This document shows positions 25,550 through 39,907 of a stretch of 64,000 nucleotides of DNA, piece by piece. Positions within the stretch are counted from its first letter, which is position 1. Every line of letters starts with the position of its first letter. The notes below the pieces were generated by a model, which did not search any database, was not told the DNA's origin, and worked only from the letters and a program-made list of their open reading frames with translations. Origin of the DNA: Lingula anatina (lineage: Eukaryota > Animalia > Brachiopoda); the NCBI GenBank assembly GCA_051362555.1, contig CM120644.1, forward strand, positions 1,372,954 through 1,436,953. The letters are read 5' to 3'. The position numbers and the translations under genes were made by a program.

Positions 25550-26875
25550 AAATGCACCTGTCCTTCACTCTGCAGCGTTCAGCGAAGGATATGACGACAC
25601 CAGCCGTGTGATTTGTACTTTACAATTGCTCTCACATATACTACCAAATGCTTGGAAGACTTTTTCCGAGTGAATAGACTGATACAATTTCGAAACTTAG
25701 TCTGGACCTATTTATCTTCAAAATGTTTGTCATTGCCTAAGAAATAAAGCATAAAACCTGTCCCAAATAGTCTCTGTTTTGACTCCTACATCAATGAAAA
25801 CGATTGACAAAAGTTAAAGACATAAATATGTTGATGCTCATATATATGTAAATCAATCCGACTTTAACTCGTGTATGAGATAACACATACAATTACGGGT
25901 AAGAAAATAACTTAAAAAAGACTAACTAAGTACGTTGTTTATCATAGAGATTGTGCCACAACTGAAAAATAATATAAGGACTTCACAAGCCATCAGTTTT
26001 TTCTCAAAGATGGGCTCGTGCTTATGGTGGATCTGTAGTCACGGAAGTTTGACTTTATGGAGAATTTCCAAACAAATTTATTCAGAACTATTCTCATCGT
26101 CAGTCTTTATGTTCATATTAGCTTTGTTATTTATATTTGGAGTTGGTTCCGCACAGTGTAACTGTTCTGTTTATCTAGCAGCGTTCCTCACAACCTTAAT
26201 CCACACCCCTTACCTATCAAGTGAATTAATGCCATATTTCCGAAGTATAACCTTTCCTGATAACGGTAACTTCATTAAATGCCACACTTTTTTTTCACTT
26301 GGCCTTTACTTTTAGTTAAATGTTATTTAACTGTAGAACGATGAAAATGGAATGTAAAAGTCCACGAGATGTGTTAGTATTAAAGGGATGGATTTTCTTA
26401 GTGAGCCAAACACAAAGGAAAATGTGAAAGGCTCTGACTTGACTGTTCAACGTTCAGAAGTCTTCACGATATCCAATGTTTGTTTAATAAGCTAAAATAG
26501 ACGGTTTATAATTACTGACTACCCGTATACACGACATAAAGTCAGTGAAATTAACGTAGTATCTGACAGTGGGCTACCTGTGACCATTGTGACGCGAAAG
26601 TAGTTAGTTATCTTTCCAACTGGCAAGTCTTTTGAAAATGCGATGATAAAATAAGATGATATAATGATATAATAAGAAAAACATCAGCAGTTGATCGTTA
26701 GCCCTGTTTCTCTATTTCTAGACAAGACTGAAACCGTGACACCTTACACAGAGGGCCAATTCTGCAAATATCTGTAAGGACGTCCATCTGTGTGTGATTC
26801 TCTAATTAAACTATGGTAGTTCTATTTCGAAAAGAATTCTCTGATATTTTTCATTGCTTCCTGCCGCAAAAGTCA

Positions 26876-27998
26876 CATCACCAATTACTACCCACATTGC
26901 TTGCGAGTACACCAGTCACAATTTATCACCAAATATTACCCACATTGCTTCCGAGTACACCAGTCACAATCTATCACCAAATATTAACCACATTGCTTAT
27001 GAGTACACCAGTCACAATCTATCACCAAATACTACCAACATTGCTTCCGAGCACACCAATCACAATCTATCACCAAATACTACCCACATTGCTTCCGTGT
27101 ACACCAGTCACAATCTATCACCAAATACTACCCACATTGCTTCCGTGTACACCAGTCACAATCTATCACCAAATACTACCCACATTGCTTCCGTGTACAC
27201 CAGTCACAATCTATCACCAAATACTACCCACATTGCTTCCGTGTACACCAGTCACAATCAATCACCAAATATTACCCACATTGCTTCCGAGTACACCAGT
27301 CACAATCTATCACCAAATATTACCACCTTTGCTTCCGAGTACACCAGTCACAATCTATCACCAAATACTACCCACATTGCTTATGAGTACACCAGTCACA
27401 ATCTATCACCAAATATTACCCACATTGCTTCTCAGTACATCAGTCACAATCTATCACCAAATACTACCCACATTGCTTCCGAGTACACCAGTCACAATCT
27501 ATCACCAAATATTACCCACATTGCTTCTGACTACACCAGTCACAATCTATCACCAAATACTACCCACATTGCTTCCGAGTACACCAGTCACAATCTATCA
27601 CCAAATATTACCCACATTGCTTCCTAGCACACCAGTCACAATCTATCACCAAATATTACCCACATTGCTTCCGGGCACACCATTCACAATCTATCACCAA
27701 ATATTACCCACATTGCTTCCTAGCACATCAGTCACAATCTATCACCAAATATTACCCACATTGCTTCCTAGCACACCAGTCACAATCTATCACCAAATAT
27801 TACCCACATTGCTTCCGGGCACACCAGTCACAATCTATCACCAAATATTACCCACATTGCTTCCTAGCACACCAGTCACAATCTATTACCAAATATTACT
27901 CACATTGGTTCCGAGTACACCAGTCACAATGTATCATCAAATACTACCCTCATTGCTTCCGTGTACACCAGTCACAATCTATCACCAAATATTACCAT
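26876..27998. repeat. 48-bp minisatellite (~23 units)
   Basis: Same 48-bp unit with array-specific variants. Confidence 0.95.
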
Positions 27999-30089
27999 GC
28001 GTGTTTATAAAGAGTATCAGGCATGCTCTTGGCACTTTCTTTGTATGACACTGATCATTGTGTTATAGTAAACAACGTCAAAATACATAACTTGCAAACC
28101 ACTCAGAGAGCTAACGCAGACCTACACAAAGGAAACGGCATAAAAGTATATTCTTTTTTATTGTTATTTGGAGGAAACTTCGGGTGTTCTTTTGTGATTG
28201 GTAGGTTTTCAATACCACTTGTAAAGTTTACTTTTTTCAGAATCAGAGTTTTTTGGAGAATCTTTTTAGAAAGTATATATAGACAATTGCAAAGACATAC
28301 ACTGTGTCTTTCTTGACGTAGGCCATAACGATCCGTGCTTGATATTGGTGCCATTATTAATTAAGCGTCAGTTTGAATAATGCTTTTTTTTCTTAGAAAT
28401 ACATTTAGTCGTGGTGTCTTCTGGTAATTAAATAATTAATTCATACATGTTATCTTAACGTGCTTGTACTATCGGTAAATATAAATTTCTTTTAACTTTT
28501 ACAAGCACTCAGAATAAAATCAGTTAAGGTGATTTTTTAATAAAAACACATTCGAGTGTCTGCGTATTTCACCAGGCCATGGCAAAAATTAGAAGCTTGA
28601 TATTTCACTTAAGAAAAATAAACCTATTCTGTCTTACATATGTAAATATACAGTGCCTTCAGTGGGTCTCTTTGATGCGGAAACAGTTATTTATAGAGTC
28701 CTTATTTCAAAAACTCTTGCATTTACAATAAGTACTTCAAAGAGGGAGGTTCAAAATCAATGTCGTTTGCCTGCTGGGATAACTTTCTTTTAACTTTTAC
28801 AAGCATTTAGAATAAAGTCAGTTAAGGTCATTTTTTAAAATAAAAACACTTTCGAGTGTTTCTGTATTTCGCCAGGCCATGGCAAAACTTAGAAGCTTGA
28901 AATTTTAGTTAAGAAAAATAAGCCTATTCTGTCTTACATATGTAAATATACAAGGTCTTTAGTGGGTCTCTTTGATGCCGAAACAGTTATTTAGTCCTAT
29001 TGTCAAGAACTCTGGCATTTACAATGTGTACTTCAAAGAGGGAGGTTCAGTTTCTGATGAGGAACGTTGCCACGAGAAAGGGCCCACGCTGACATGGCAT
29101 GTGTTGGCATATTTTAAAGAAATATTATACAACAGTTCTCTTGACGAAAGTGGTTGCCTAAAGTGCTTGTCAAACCTTATAAAACCCCTGTTTTTTTGTC
29201 ATTAACATCAACATGTCTTTAAACCACGTCTGTACCATGTTGCAGATACATGTTTAATCGCGAGATATGCAAAAGAAACAACAGACACGATGATGACACA
29301 TTTCTGTGGATTTCTGTGATGGGCTTATAAATATGATCCCTGTGTATGTGAGCTTTTAAAAAAAGATTCTCTTAAAAAAACGCTTATAATTCCCATGGAC
29401 ATTTACAATCTATATTGGTTAAAACACTAAAAACAAAATGACATCATCATCACATATTTTATTGCATAAGCGTTGAAAAATTTCATACATGTAATACAGA
29501 ATATGTTTCCAAATTGCACCGGTCTATTTATGGGCAAAAGCAGAAAAGATATTTAGAATGATATGAGCAAGGATCTGTTTGGTATGGGTCACGTGGTTGA
29601 TGTCGTCATATCCGGCTGTGCACACTGCAGAATAAAGGTTATCCGCAGCATCTGTTTCTGGAATATATAAAGAAATGTTTGATAATGTCATTTAGACACG
29701 GTACGGGTCACGGTTGTTAAAAAACGGACCAATACATGACTTAATGACTAGACAATTGTCTAAAGTCTCTTCCTTCAGATCAATACAGTTCAATGCTCTT
29801 AACCCTTTGTTGTGCTTATTGGCGGAGACTATCAAGACTGAAAAAGGAGGCTGTGTCGACACCTGCCAACTTGGAGCTTTTTTTACAAGATTGGTGGAAC
29901 ACATTTGGATCTTGACTCGAGCACAATTCAGATAAATGATACAGAATAGGTCGGTTCGGTTAAGACAATGGAACGACCATCGCAAGTTATGTCATATTTA
30001 CAGCATTAACTAGCCATTAGAAATACATGTATTAAGCTGAAGTATACAATCGAGAAAAAAACTGTAAAATGTGATAGTTAATCTTACCA

Positions 30090-30808
30090 CTAATATTGCC
30101 ATGGGGTATATGATCCCTTCTTTCCTCCGTATTGAGGCTTTCCGTATCCAGCACCTTTGTATCCATAACCTCCTCCGTTGCTGTTGTATCCGTTCAGGTG
30201 ATATCCGTTGCGGTCACCATATCCGTACCCTTTACCATAATAGTTGTTGTCGCCATTACCATATCCGCCTAGTTGAAACTCATCAGGTGTCCTTTAACAA
30301 AATAAAAAGACATATAACTTTTCAATTTCATTGGGATAACATTATCAATATGAAAGAAGAAAGCGTCGCCTGTCAGTCTGCCAGTCTTCGGTGGCACTCT
30401 GCTTATTAGACGTGCAGTAAAGGCTGATCGTATCATTTTCTGTATAAAATGATCATTTCTTCGCTTGCTTTGTCTCGATTCTCGAGCGCTGAACAAAATA
30501 AACCACAACAGTAACTTGGTTCTAAACAAAGGTAAGCTAGGTAATTTCTACAGTTACAATTACATATACAGCTTTTAAAAGCAAACAGACTGTCCGGGTC
30601 AACCCCTTTTTAAATTCCAATTGCACTGTTAGATGAATTGAATGTTAATAATATTAAATCACGAAACAAACAATGATACCGTAGTAAACCTATCTCTCTC
30701 TCTCACACACACACTAACACACACACTAACACACCCTTTACTCCGAGAGACTCACCAATTGGCGGCTGTCACGGCCACGAGAGCAGCGAGTAGAATCAGC
30801 TTCATCAT
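30090..30808 (-). CDS. Gly/Tyr-rich peptide, subfamily A; intact only if a novel upstream donor is used, otherwise a pseudogene
   Basis: Exon 1 reads MMKLILLAALVAVTAANW then TGA, but AATTG|GTGAGT at 30756/30755 is a consensus donor in the same phase 2. Exon 2 (30291-30090) is open: TPDEFQLGGYGNGDNNYYGKGYGYGDRNGYHLNGYNSNGGGYGYKGAGYGKPQYGGKKGSYTPWQY*. TATA at 30910-30904; exon-3 homolog from ~29657. Confidence 0.6.
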
Positions 30809-31649
30809 CTTGGCGGCAAAAGAGCTGTCGTCTGCTTACAGTTGAAGTGTGACTTGGAGCTTGATTGAAGTCGAAGTCTGTCAAAACTGGACCAAGGCAA
30901 CCATTTTATACAGTCCCGACACACAAGGAATTTGTAATAATTATCTTTTCAGAACCCAGTATTTTGCCTTTAGATATTTGTGACGAAGGTCGGGATGGTA
31001 AATTTGATGTAAGACGCATACGGAATAAATTATCATTTTTTTTTTTTTTTTTTTTGCGTTTCAGTTGGCAACGCATCGTCAAACTGCTACAATTATGCAT
31101 GATTTATAAACAATCAGTGCTTATTACAAGAGAAATAAAGACATAAGGTAGAAACATATCCAAACTACTGTTAACAGGCTTGCCTTACTTCTTTGATGCA
31201 AATATAAGATACATCAGTCAAAATATTCGTTTGAAAGTGGCCTTTTTCTCGGTTTTTGAATTATAACAAAGTTTACAAAGCGTTTGGTTATGAATTCATA
31301 TCTTAACGATTTAAACAAAAAACTATGCAACAAACCAGCGTACCTATGACATTCATAAAACAAATTATAAACTGCGATTTCTACTGATAAATAAATAATG
31401 CCAGAAATGAAAAATGGAAAAGAAACACCAATTTTTCCCCTTGTAACACCGGTGGCAAGTCTAACCTCATTATTAATTCTGAGTAAAAGTTACAGCAGGT
31501 TAGGACACTATATTTTACGACCTTTTCATTAGATAAAAATTCCCTGCCTTGGGTGACTTAAAAGAACTTTTATGTTACAGTTGATGGACAAACATAACAG
31601 GTGCCAGTAAGATGTGCTTGTCTGCTTTAAGGCATACTGGTACCTGAAC

Positions 31650-32739
31650 CTGATGGATTAGGGTGGTAACTTCAATCAGTCTCTCTTTCTATCACTCTCA
31701 AGCACACACACACACGCAAACACTTAAATAAAACATGCCGTCCAAACCATCAACAAAAAATGTAATTTTTCAACAGATGGGTAAACTTTCTGAAATCTTC
31801 ATACATGTCTTAAAATGCAAAGAGACCTTCAAAAGCCCCACTTAAGTCACCGCTGCATACCTTAGTTGTCCTTCTACGAATACTAAAGAAATTTAAGAAG
31901 GGAACTAAATGTGCCCAAACGCCGCCTTACTTCATTGTTACAAGAAAAGGAGACTTTAAATAAAATGCTGCCAAAGAAGAAGCAGTTGAGAAGTAATTTT
32001 CAATAGGTCTCAGAAAAGAGACTATTTTACTTTATCAAACACATCTACATGTTTTTTTCATAAGCAACTGATAGTAACGAACCAATGCATTCATTTCAAG
32101 CAGCTAATGAACTTGATGATTGCTGCTAAATAAACAATACTTAATGAAAAAAACGTAAAAAAATATCTTGTTTGTCTTCTCATCACAAAGGTGGTCTTAC
32201 ATTGAAGTCAGGGCACGACAAATTTTACGATGTTTCATTACATAAAAAGTGCTTGGGGTAAAATGAAAGACTTTGTTTATTGCAGCACTACAATTTATGA
32301 CAGACGATAGGCTTAAACGGGTTGGCATCAATTATGTAATTGTGGGCTTCATGGCGGTAAGTGAATTGGATGGAAATGGCACAAATGCAGTTGAACCAGA
32401 CGCCTCCAGGACGTAAAAACGCTCATACTGTCAGGAAAGGAATGAATTTTTAAAAAGCAGTGCATTATGCAATCCTCATTTCAAGAATATAAGATAAAAA
32501 TAAAACGAAACAAATAAAAGGGCCATTTTCTTCGTAACCGCATTCTTAAGAAAGCTCAATACATGGAAACTTATTCATTCATGATAGTTTATTCCTATAT
32601 GTGTAAAAGATTGGGCTAGTATGCAATTTAACATTCATCTCTACTAGTTTGTTAAAACATCGCCTATGTGGAAATGGAACGTAGCAGCATTTATTTGATA
32701 ATGAACTCTCGCAAAAAACACAAAAAAACACACTGAGAG

Positions 32740-32779
<40 letters not shown>

Positions 32780-33174
32780 TATGTGTGTGTGATTGAGAGG
32801 GAGGGACGAGAGAGAGAGATAGAAAAGGAGGGAGAGGGGGGAGTGGGGAGGGAGGATTGACTTGCATGCGTTATAACAATTCCATCATCACAAACATTAG
32901 GTGGATAAGCGTTTCTATCTTCAGTTGTGTAAAATGTATAAACAGTTATTCTTAATTAGCAGAAACTTTAACGCATTCTATGCTTTAATTTAACAGAGGC
33001 GTTATTTAACGACTCTTCCCTCCTTCAAGATAGGTCCAGCGCTCCCGCTGACTACACGTGCATTGAGCGTCCGCCTGTAGTCATTCTTTTATACATGTAA
33101 ATTGAATCAGAATGATCACCTGAACTTGATGGGTAAGTGTGGATACTTCAATCTGTCTCTCTCTTTCTCTCTCC

Positions 33175-33208
<34 letters not shown>

Positions 33209-34540
33209 TACACACAGACACTTAGATAAAACATGCCGTCCAAATCACTGACCAAAATATAATTTTTCAACAGATGGGTGTGATTTCTGAAATCCTCATA
33301 CATGGTTTAAAATGCAAAGAGACCTCCAAAATTCCCACTTATGTCACCGCTGCATACCTTTGTTGTCCCTCTTCGAATTCTAATGAAATTTGAGAAGGAA
33401 ACAAAATGCGCCCAAACGCCCCCTTACTTCATTGTTACAAGAAAAGGAGATTTCCAATAACATACTGTCAAGGAGAAGCAGTTGAGTGGTAATTTTCCAT
33501 AGGTCTCAGAAAAGAGACTATTTCATCTTAGCAAACATATTTCCTTTTTTCTTTTTTTTTTCAAAAGCAACTTGTAGTAACGAACCAATGGTAATGAACT
33601 TGATGAATGCTGCTAAATAAACCATACCCAATGAAAATAACGTAAAAGAATATCTTGTCTGTCTTCTTATCACAAAGGTGGCAAGTCATTCAGGTCAGAG
33701 CACAACCATTTTTACGAGTGTTTCATTAGATAAAAAGTGCTTGGGGTAAACTGAAAAGACTTTGTTTATTGCAGCACTACAATTTATGACAGACGATAGG
33801 CTTAAACGGGTTGGCATCAATTATGCAATTGTGAGCTTCATGGCGGTACGTGAATTGGATGGAAATGGCACAAATGCAGTTAAACCGGCCGCCTCCGAAA
33901 TCTCTTTCTCTCTCTCTCTTTCTCTCTCTGTTTCACACAGGGACGTAAAAACGCTCATATTGTCAGGAAAGGAATGAATTTTTAAAATGCAGTGTATTAT
34001 GCAATCCTCATTTCAAGCATATAAGATAAAAATAAAACCAAACAAACAAAAGGGCCATTTTCTTCTTAACCGTATACTTAAGAAAGCTCGATACATGCAA
34101 ACTTTAATTCATTCATGATAGTTTATTCCCATATGTGTAAAAGATTGGGCTAGTATGCGATTTAGCATTCATCTCTACTAGTTTATTAAAGCATCGCCTA
34201 TGTGGAAATGGAACATAGCCGCATTTATTTGATAATGAACTCTCGCAAAACACACAAAAACACGCACTGAGAGAGTGTGTGTGTTTGGGAGTGAGTGAGA
34301 GAGAGAGAGGGAGGGAGGGAGGGAGGGAGGGAGGGAGGGGAGAGAGAGAGGATTGACTTGAACTCACACACTGAGAGACAGAGTGTGTGTGCGTGTGTGT
34401 TTATGTGTGTGTGATTGAGAGGGAGGGATTAGAGAGAGAGGATTGACTTACATGCATTAGCTGATTCAATGCGTCCTTTGCTTTACTTTGGCTTAGGCGT
34501 TATTTAACGATACACCCCTCCATCAAGATAGCTCCAGTGC
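31650..34540 (+). repeat. Two tandem copies of a ~1.45-kb intergenic spacer module
   Basis: Module CCTGAACTTGATG-(CT)n(CA)n-...-GACAGACGATAGGC-...-CCTTCAAGATAG repeats at ~31645 and ~33120. Further copies start at ~22220, ~44710, ~46190, ~58015 and ~61905. Confidence 0.8.
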
Positions 34541-34650
34541 TCTCACGTTATAAAATAGCTGCCTTGGTTAAGTTTTGACAGACTACGTCGTCCGTCAAGA
34601 TCCGAGTCCTTCTCCTAAAGTCCGCAGACTACATCTCTTTTCAGGCCAAG

Positions 34651-37201
34651 ATGATGAAGTTGGTTCTATTCGCTGCTCTCCTAACCGTGGCCGCCGCCAT
34701 GTAAAGGGAAAGTGTTGGTCAAAGGTGAGAGAGAGAGAGAGAGAGATTAGTGAAGGATCCATACATGTTGTGGATTCTAGCTGCAACAGACAGTTCATCT
34801 TATGGTGCATTTAGAGTTAGTAAACAATCTGGAAGACCATGCATTTTTATTTTATTGTTCTGGGAATTATCTTTGTCTGGGTCGAAGGTTCGATTTTTCT
34901 CATGATTTTTTAAATACTATGGAACTTGGATAACATATGACTTGGCGTAGATAATGCTTTCAAAAAGCATTTTGCCGCTTTTGACTTTACAGGTATTGTA
35001 CTTAGTTTGTAAACGGGTTTAGTAGGGGAGCCAAGGCTAAAAAAATGGCGAAAGAATTTTTATGATATAAAATGTTCGAATATATGGTCGGATAGCCTGA
35101 TATCTGAGGTTTATGACTCTGCTTATTGGACAAATGGGCTCAATTGCGAAAGAGCCCAAAAATCCAAGATGGCCGCCATCCCTTATGAATATGCAATAAA
35201 CGCATAAATTGTGAAAAATGCTTGATATTTTCAATTTGTTTCAGGGTAGATGTTTTTTATTGTCCATACATTGTGGAAATATGTACTGTCTGATGATCTG
35301 TAGCAGGAATTGATCAATTGGATTCAAAATGGCGCTCTATTCAAGATGGCGGCCAATATTTCAACATTTTTTGCAATTAAATCATCTTTTCATTGATCTA
35401 GAATTTATTTCAAACATGATATGAGCAAACATTTATCAAATAAAGATTCCCTCTGCTATTACCTGCATTTGTACCATCTATGTATAGTATAGAGGCTTTG
35501 TGATTGCAAAAAAATCCTATATGGCCGCCACACACGCCTTACCATTATGAGTAAAGGGTACCATCTGTCTTTTATAGAAAAGTTCAAATATCTACTTTAG
35601 TGAAGCGAATGCTATTTCTGTTTTACAACTTTTGGGTAAAGAGGAATAGTTTCAATATTTTAAAGGCAAATTCAAAAAGCTACCTCAATCCAAGATGGCT
35701 ACCTTATCCAAGATGGCGGCCAAATTTTCACAAGTTTTAACAATGAAGTCATGTTTTCTGTAATCTAAAATGACTTTCAATCAATTTACTATCTGAATAC
35801 AGAATTTAAGTTTGATGATTAGAGAAAAATCCAATATGGCTGCCACACACCCCTTACCAACATGAGACAAAGGCAAAACATGTATCATATCAAAAGTTGG
35901 TATATCTGATTTAATAAAGTACATTATACTTTCATTTTATAATATTTGGGTAAAGTACACTTGTTTTAATTTTATAAAGGTTAATTACAGACTGCCTATT
36001 AATCCAATATGGCCACTCTTTCCAAGATGGTAGCCAAAATTTTACCAATATTGCAATTTAATCCTTTTTTCTTTAAGTCAGAATTTCTTTCAATCTTTTA
36101 GAAGCAAAATTCCATAAAATATAGATACTCTACCCTAATAACTGCATTTTTACTATGTATATACAAAATGAAGGCTTAATGCTTATAGAAACACACAATA
36201 TGGCCACCATAAATCCCTTATACCATTACCCTCATTTGGATTTTTCTCTTCATCAAAAAGCCTCCATTGTGCATGCAGACAACAGAAATGTGTGAAATAT
36301 TATAGAAAAGCTATATGTGATGACAGTTTGCTTATATCATGGTTATAAGAAATTCTAGATTTAAGAAAACATGACTTAATTGCAAAAATTAGTGAAATAT
36401 TGTCCTCCATCTTGGATGAAGCGGCCATTTTGAATCCAGTTGACAAATTATTGCTACAGATCACCAGGAGGTATATAATTCCACAATATATACACAATAA
36501 AAGTATTCTACACTTCAGCAAAGAAATAATATTAATCACTTTTTATAACTGATGCTAATTCTGTGCATTCACCATGGATGGCGGCCATCTTGGATTTTGG
36601 GGCACTTTCGCAATTGAGCTCATTTTTCTAATAAGCAGTTTCATAAACCCCAGGTATTAGGCTCTTCAATGATATGTTTGGAATTTTTATGTCATTAAAT
36701 TTCTTTTACTACCCTCTTTTGAAGACTTTTGGAGTTTGGCTCACCTACTAGTTGTTCTCCACTCTGCTCTCTTCTGCTTATCTTCCCAAAAATATACGTG
36801 CCCAGTCGTAATGACCCTGAGGCTTATACAACAAAATCAAAATATTAGAACTGAGACAAAACCTGGGACAAATCCTTTTGATTCTTTTTTATATTGAAAA
36901 CGTAAGGGTCCTGTTTTTATAAGACCTCTTTAAGCAAGATCAAAAGCAGCAGAAATAATTTGAAAATTAGGAATTGAAAAGTATTTCTGTATGAAAATTA
37001 AAAACCGTCTGTTTTATTTTCATTAAGGACCTACATGTATGGCTATCAACCAGACAGATTTGGACATGGTTATAAACCAGACGACTATGGCACCAACAGC
37101 GGATATCGCAGCTACGGCTACAACAGCTATGCAGGGGTGGGGTATGACTACAGCAGAAGGAACAGATACACAGGATACGTACCAAGGCCTTATAAACCAA
37201 C
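34651..37201 (+). pseudogene. Subfamily B Gly/Tyr-rich peptide pseudogene
   Basis: Exon 1 34651-34724 has an in-frame TAA at 34702 (TAT in paralogs). Intron 1 carries a 1.7-kb TIR element. Exon 2 37028-37201 is still open (TYMYGYQPDRFGHGYKPDDYGTNSGYRSYGYNSYAG...). Exon 3 is absent because homology breaks at ~37350. Confidence 0.75.
35020..36750. mobile_element. Non-autonomous TIR DNA transposon, Academ-like termini
   Basis: Ends TAGTAGGGGAGCCAA / TTGGCTCACCTACTA, with a 3-bp GTT duplication, several hundred bp of imperfect inverted homology and many CAAGATGGC(G/T)GCC motifs. Absent from the paralogous introns at ~24610 and ~63860. The superfamily assignment is tentative. Confidence 0.8.
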
Positions 37202-37710
37202 GTGAGTTTAATGTTGACATTTTGATTTTGTTAAATTTTTTACTGTATCTTATTTTTCCTAGTACATGTATAATCTGGTTTCTCCAACTTGATTTTCACA
37301 ACAACCGGTATATAGCGAGTAAAAAGTATAACGATTATTTATGACATTCAGTTCTACGAATTTTAAAGAAATTTTGATAGGGAAAGAAAATGTGCTTAAA
37401 CGACGCCTTACTTCAACTAAAATGCTGTCAGAGAAGAATACAATACCCAATGAAAATAACGAAAAGATATCTCTTGTCTGTCTTTTTGTCACAAAGTTGG
37501 CAAGTCACTTAAGTCAGGGCACGACAATAGATAAAATGTGATTGGAGTAAGATGGTAATACTTTGTTTATTGGAGGTACTATGGACGATAACAGACGTAA
37601 CTGGGTTGGCGTCAATTATATGACATTGTGCTTGTTAGCTTCCAGGTGGTACGTGAATAGGATGGAAGAGGGTAGTAAAACTGTAGCTGCATTGAACGCC
37701 TCCAAAATCT

Positions 37711-37753
<43 letters not shown>

Positions 37754-37889
37754 GCACACACACACACACACACACATGGACGTAAAAACGCTCATTATTT
37801 TCAGCAAGAAAATAGCCTTTTGAAATACGATGCCTTATGTGTTCTTCAAACAAAAGGGACACTTTCTCCGTAGCCATATACTGGACATA

Positions 37890-39263
37890 CACACACTGGA
37901 CAAAAGAAGTGTCACCCCTACTGAGCCAATACTATGGGGGAGATAAATGACTGTGGAATGATATGCTCCTGGTATCATTTTATTAACATCAAAATTCACA
38001 AAAAATCACAAAATGAGAACAAAATATACATTCTACCAAAATATGCAGTTTCAAGTCCAAAATTAGTACTTAGTGGCATAGCCACTTGACCTAATAATAG
38101 GTGCCAGTCTACGAGGCAAGGATTCATATAATTGTCTGTTGCGTTCAGGGCTTATGCTGGCCCAAGCATGAAACACTGAATATAACAGAGTTTCTCTGCT
38201 GGTTACACGGGCATTTGTCAAAAGTTTTGACATATCATTCCACACATTTTCTATTATTTTTGCTTCCGGACTCTGGGCAGGCCACATCACCCTGCGAATG
38301 CCCTGTTGGTCAAACCAATCATCAACTGCTCTGGGCCTGTGACAAGGAGCATTGTCATCCTGGTGAACAAATGGATAATTCGTGTCACCAAACATGTTAG
38401 TAATAGATGGTAGCAAGCCTGACTCCAAAACATCGATATATTTCTAGTGATTCATGTTTTCATCAACCACAATCAATTCGCCCACGCCATGGATGCTGAT
38501 GCAGCCCCACACCATGATGAATATGCTGCTCCGGGTTCGAAAATTCAGTACATGTGGTTCAAATGCTTTACCAGCAGTTCGCCAGCATCGTACCCGTCTG
38601 TCATCAGAGGTCAGACCAAAGCGACACTCATCAGAAAAAAATATATAGGACCAATTGTCATGGGCTGTCCAGTTCCAGATCCTGTTGACCCTAGTTCACT
38701 CTACGTTGCCTGTTTTGTAACGATATAAGAGGTTTCAGTCTTGCTACCCTGCTGTACTCTCTATGAGCATGTAACCGACGCCTAGCAATTTTCACAGACA
38801 CATTCTTATTTGTGAAATTTTTCCACTGTGTTGTCAACTGTCAAGCAGTGTCGAACTTTGACAACCTGGACATCAAAATCAGTCGTCGGTCTTCACGGCC
38901 AGTAGTTTTTCTTGGACGACCCATCAGAGGCAATTTGTCTCTTGATCCAGTGTTTCTATACCGAGACCAGACCCCCTGCACGGTTCTGACTAAACAATTC
39001 AATTGTATCGATATACTGACATTGCTTATATTCCGCCTCTTCAGGTTAATAACTTGCACCTATAACCGTTAGATAATTGCCTGTATCTTGCCATATTGGA
39101 GGAAGACAGGAATAACATTTGCTGTACATTTACAAGACCAACAATACAATCCCATGGTACAGCGTAGTCACATTATAAGTAGACCAGGCATTATATTTAC
39201 CCAAGATCTGCCTACTTTTATTACTCTGAGTTAGGGGGTGACACTTCTTTTGTCCAGTGTGTG
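37890..39263 (-). mobile_element. Decayed Tc1 (DD34E) DNA transposon
   Basis: ~31-bp TIRs CACACACTGGACAAAAGAAGTGTCACCCCTA flanked by TA on both sides. The broken transposase retains GRPRKTT, FSDECRF, MVWGCIS and QDDNAPCH-WPAQSP-IENVW, with 34 residues between D and E. Confidence 0.93.
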
Positions 39264-39852
39264 TATATTCATATATCATTATATTATAACATATATGTGG
39301 AAAACAATTAGGCTCGTAGGTGCTTTTAGGACACTCTGCTCTACTCACTACTGGTGACCAGTTAATTAAAGGATTCCTCTACGGAGAAGGACGATAGCCG
39401 CTTTCATTAGATTATGAACCCTCTCAAAACACAGAGAGATATATAGAGAGAGAGGGAAATAAAGGGGACTGACTTGCATTACAAAACTTCCATTATTTCT
39501 TTAATGAATAGAATTTCAATGATTTTAGTCCCTGTAAAAATATGCATGTTATGCTAATTTAACGTCGCCTGTTGTCTCAGTAAGGGAAAAGGTGATGATC
39601 TTGTCTGCATATAATGTCACTGTGACTCATTAGAAAATCTCCTACGTATAACGAAGCTTCGTGTTAACATTACGCGTGCGGGCAGTACAGCAAATATAAA
39701 TGTTATTTTTATTGCCAATGTTCTTATAATCATACGTACCACTTGGTAAGGCATTGATTTATAGCTTTATAACAAGCTAGCTAAAGTTAATACTAAGACA
39801 ACGACGAAGTAGTGCACCTGCTGTTAAGCCTGGGCTAACATATATGGAATCC

Positions 39853-39907
<55 letters not shown>

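Noticed and set aside
26876-27998. CRISPR array
   Set aside because: Units are contiguous with no unique spacers, there are no cas genes, and the context is eukaryotic.
28480-29050. ~295-bp local tandem duplication and the 28972-29205 ORF
   Set aside because: The duplication is real but non-coding, and the ORF is not conserved in the paralogs at ~11780, ~41940 and ~55325.
29692-29985. Recurrent short ORFs in intron 2 (also 42665-42911 and 55807-56256) as a nested gene
   Set aside because: The similarity is explained by segmental duplication. Starts, ends and frames differ between copies, and the BEL element interrupts the fourth copy.
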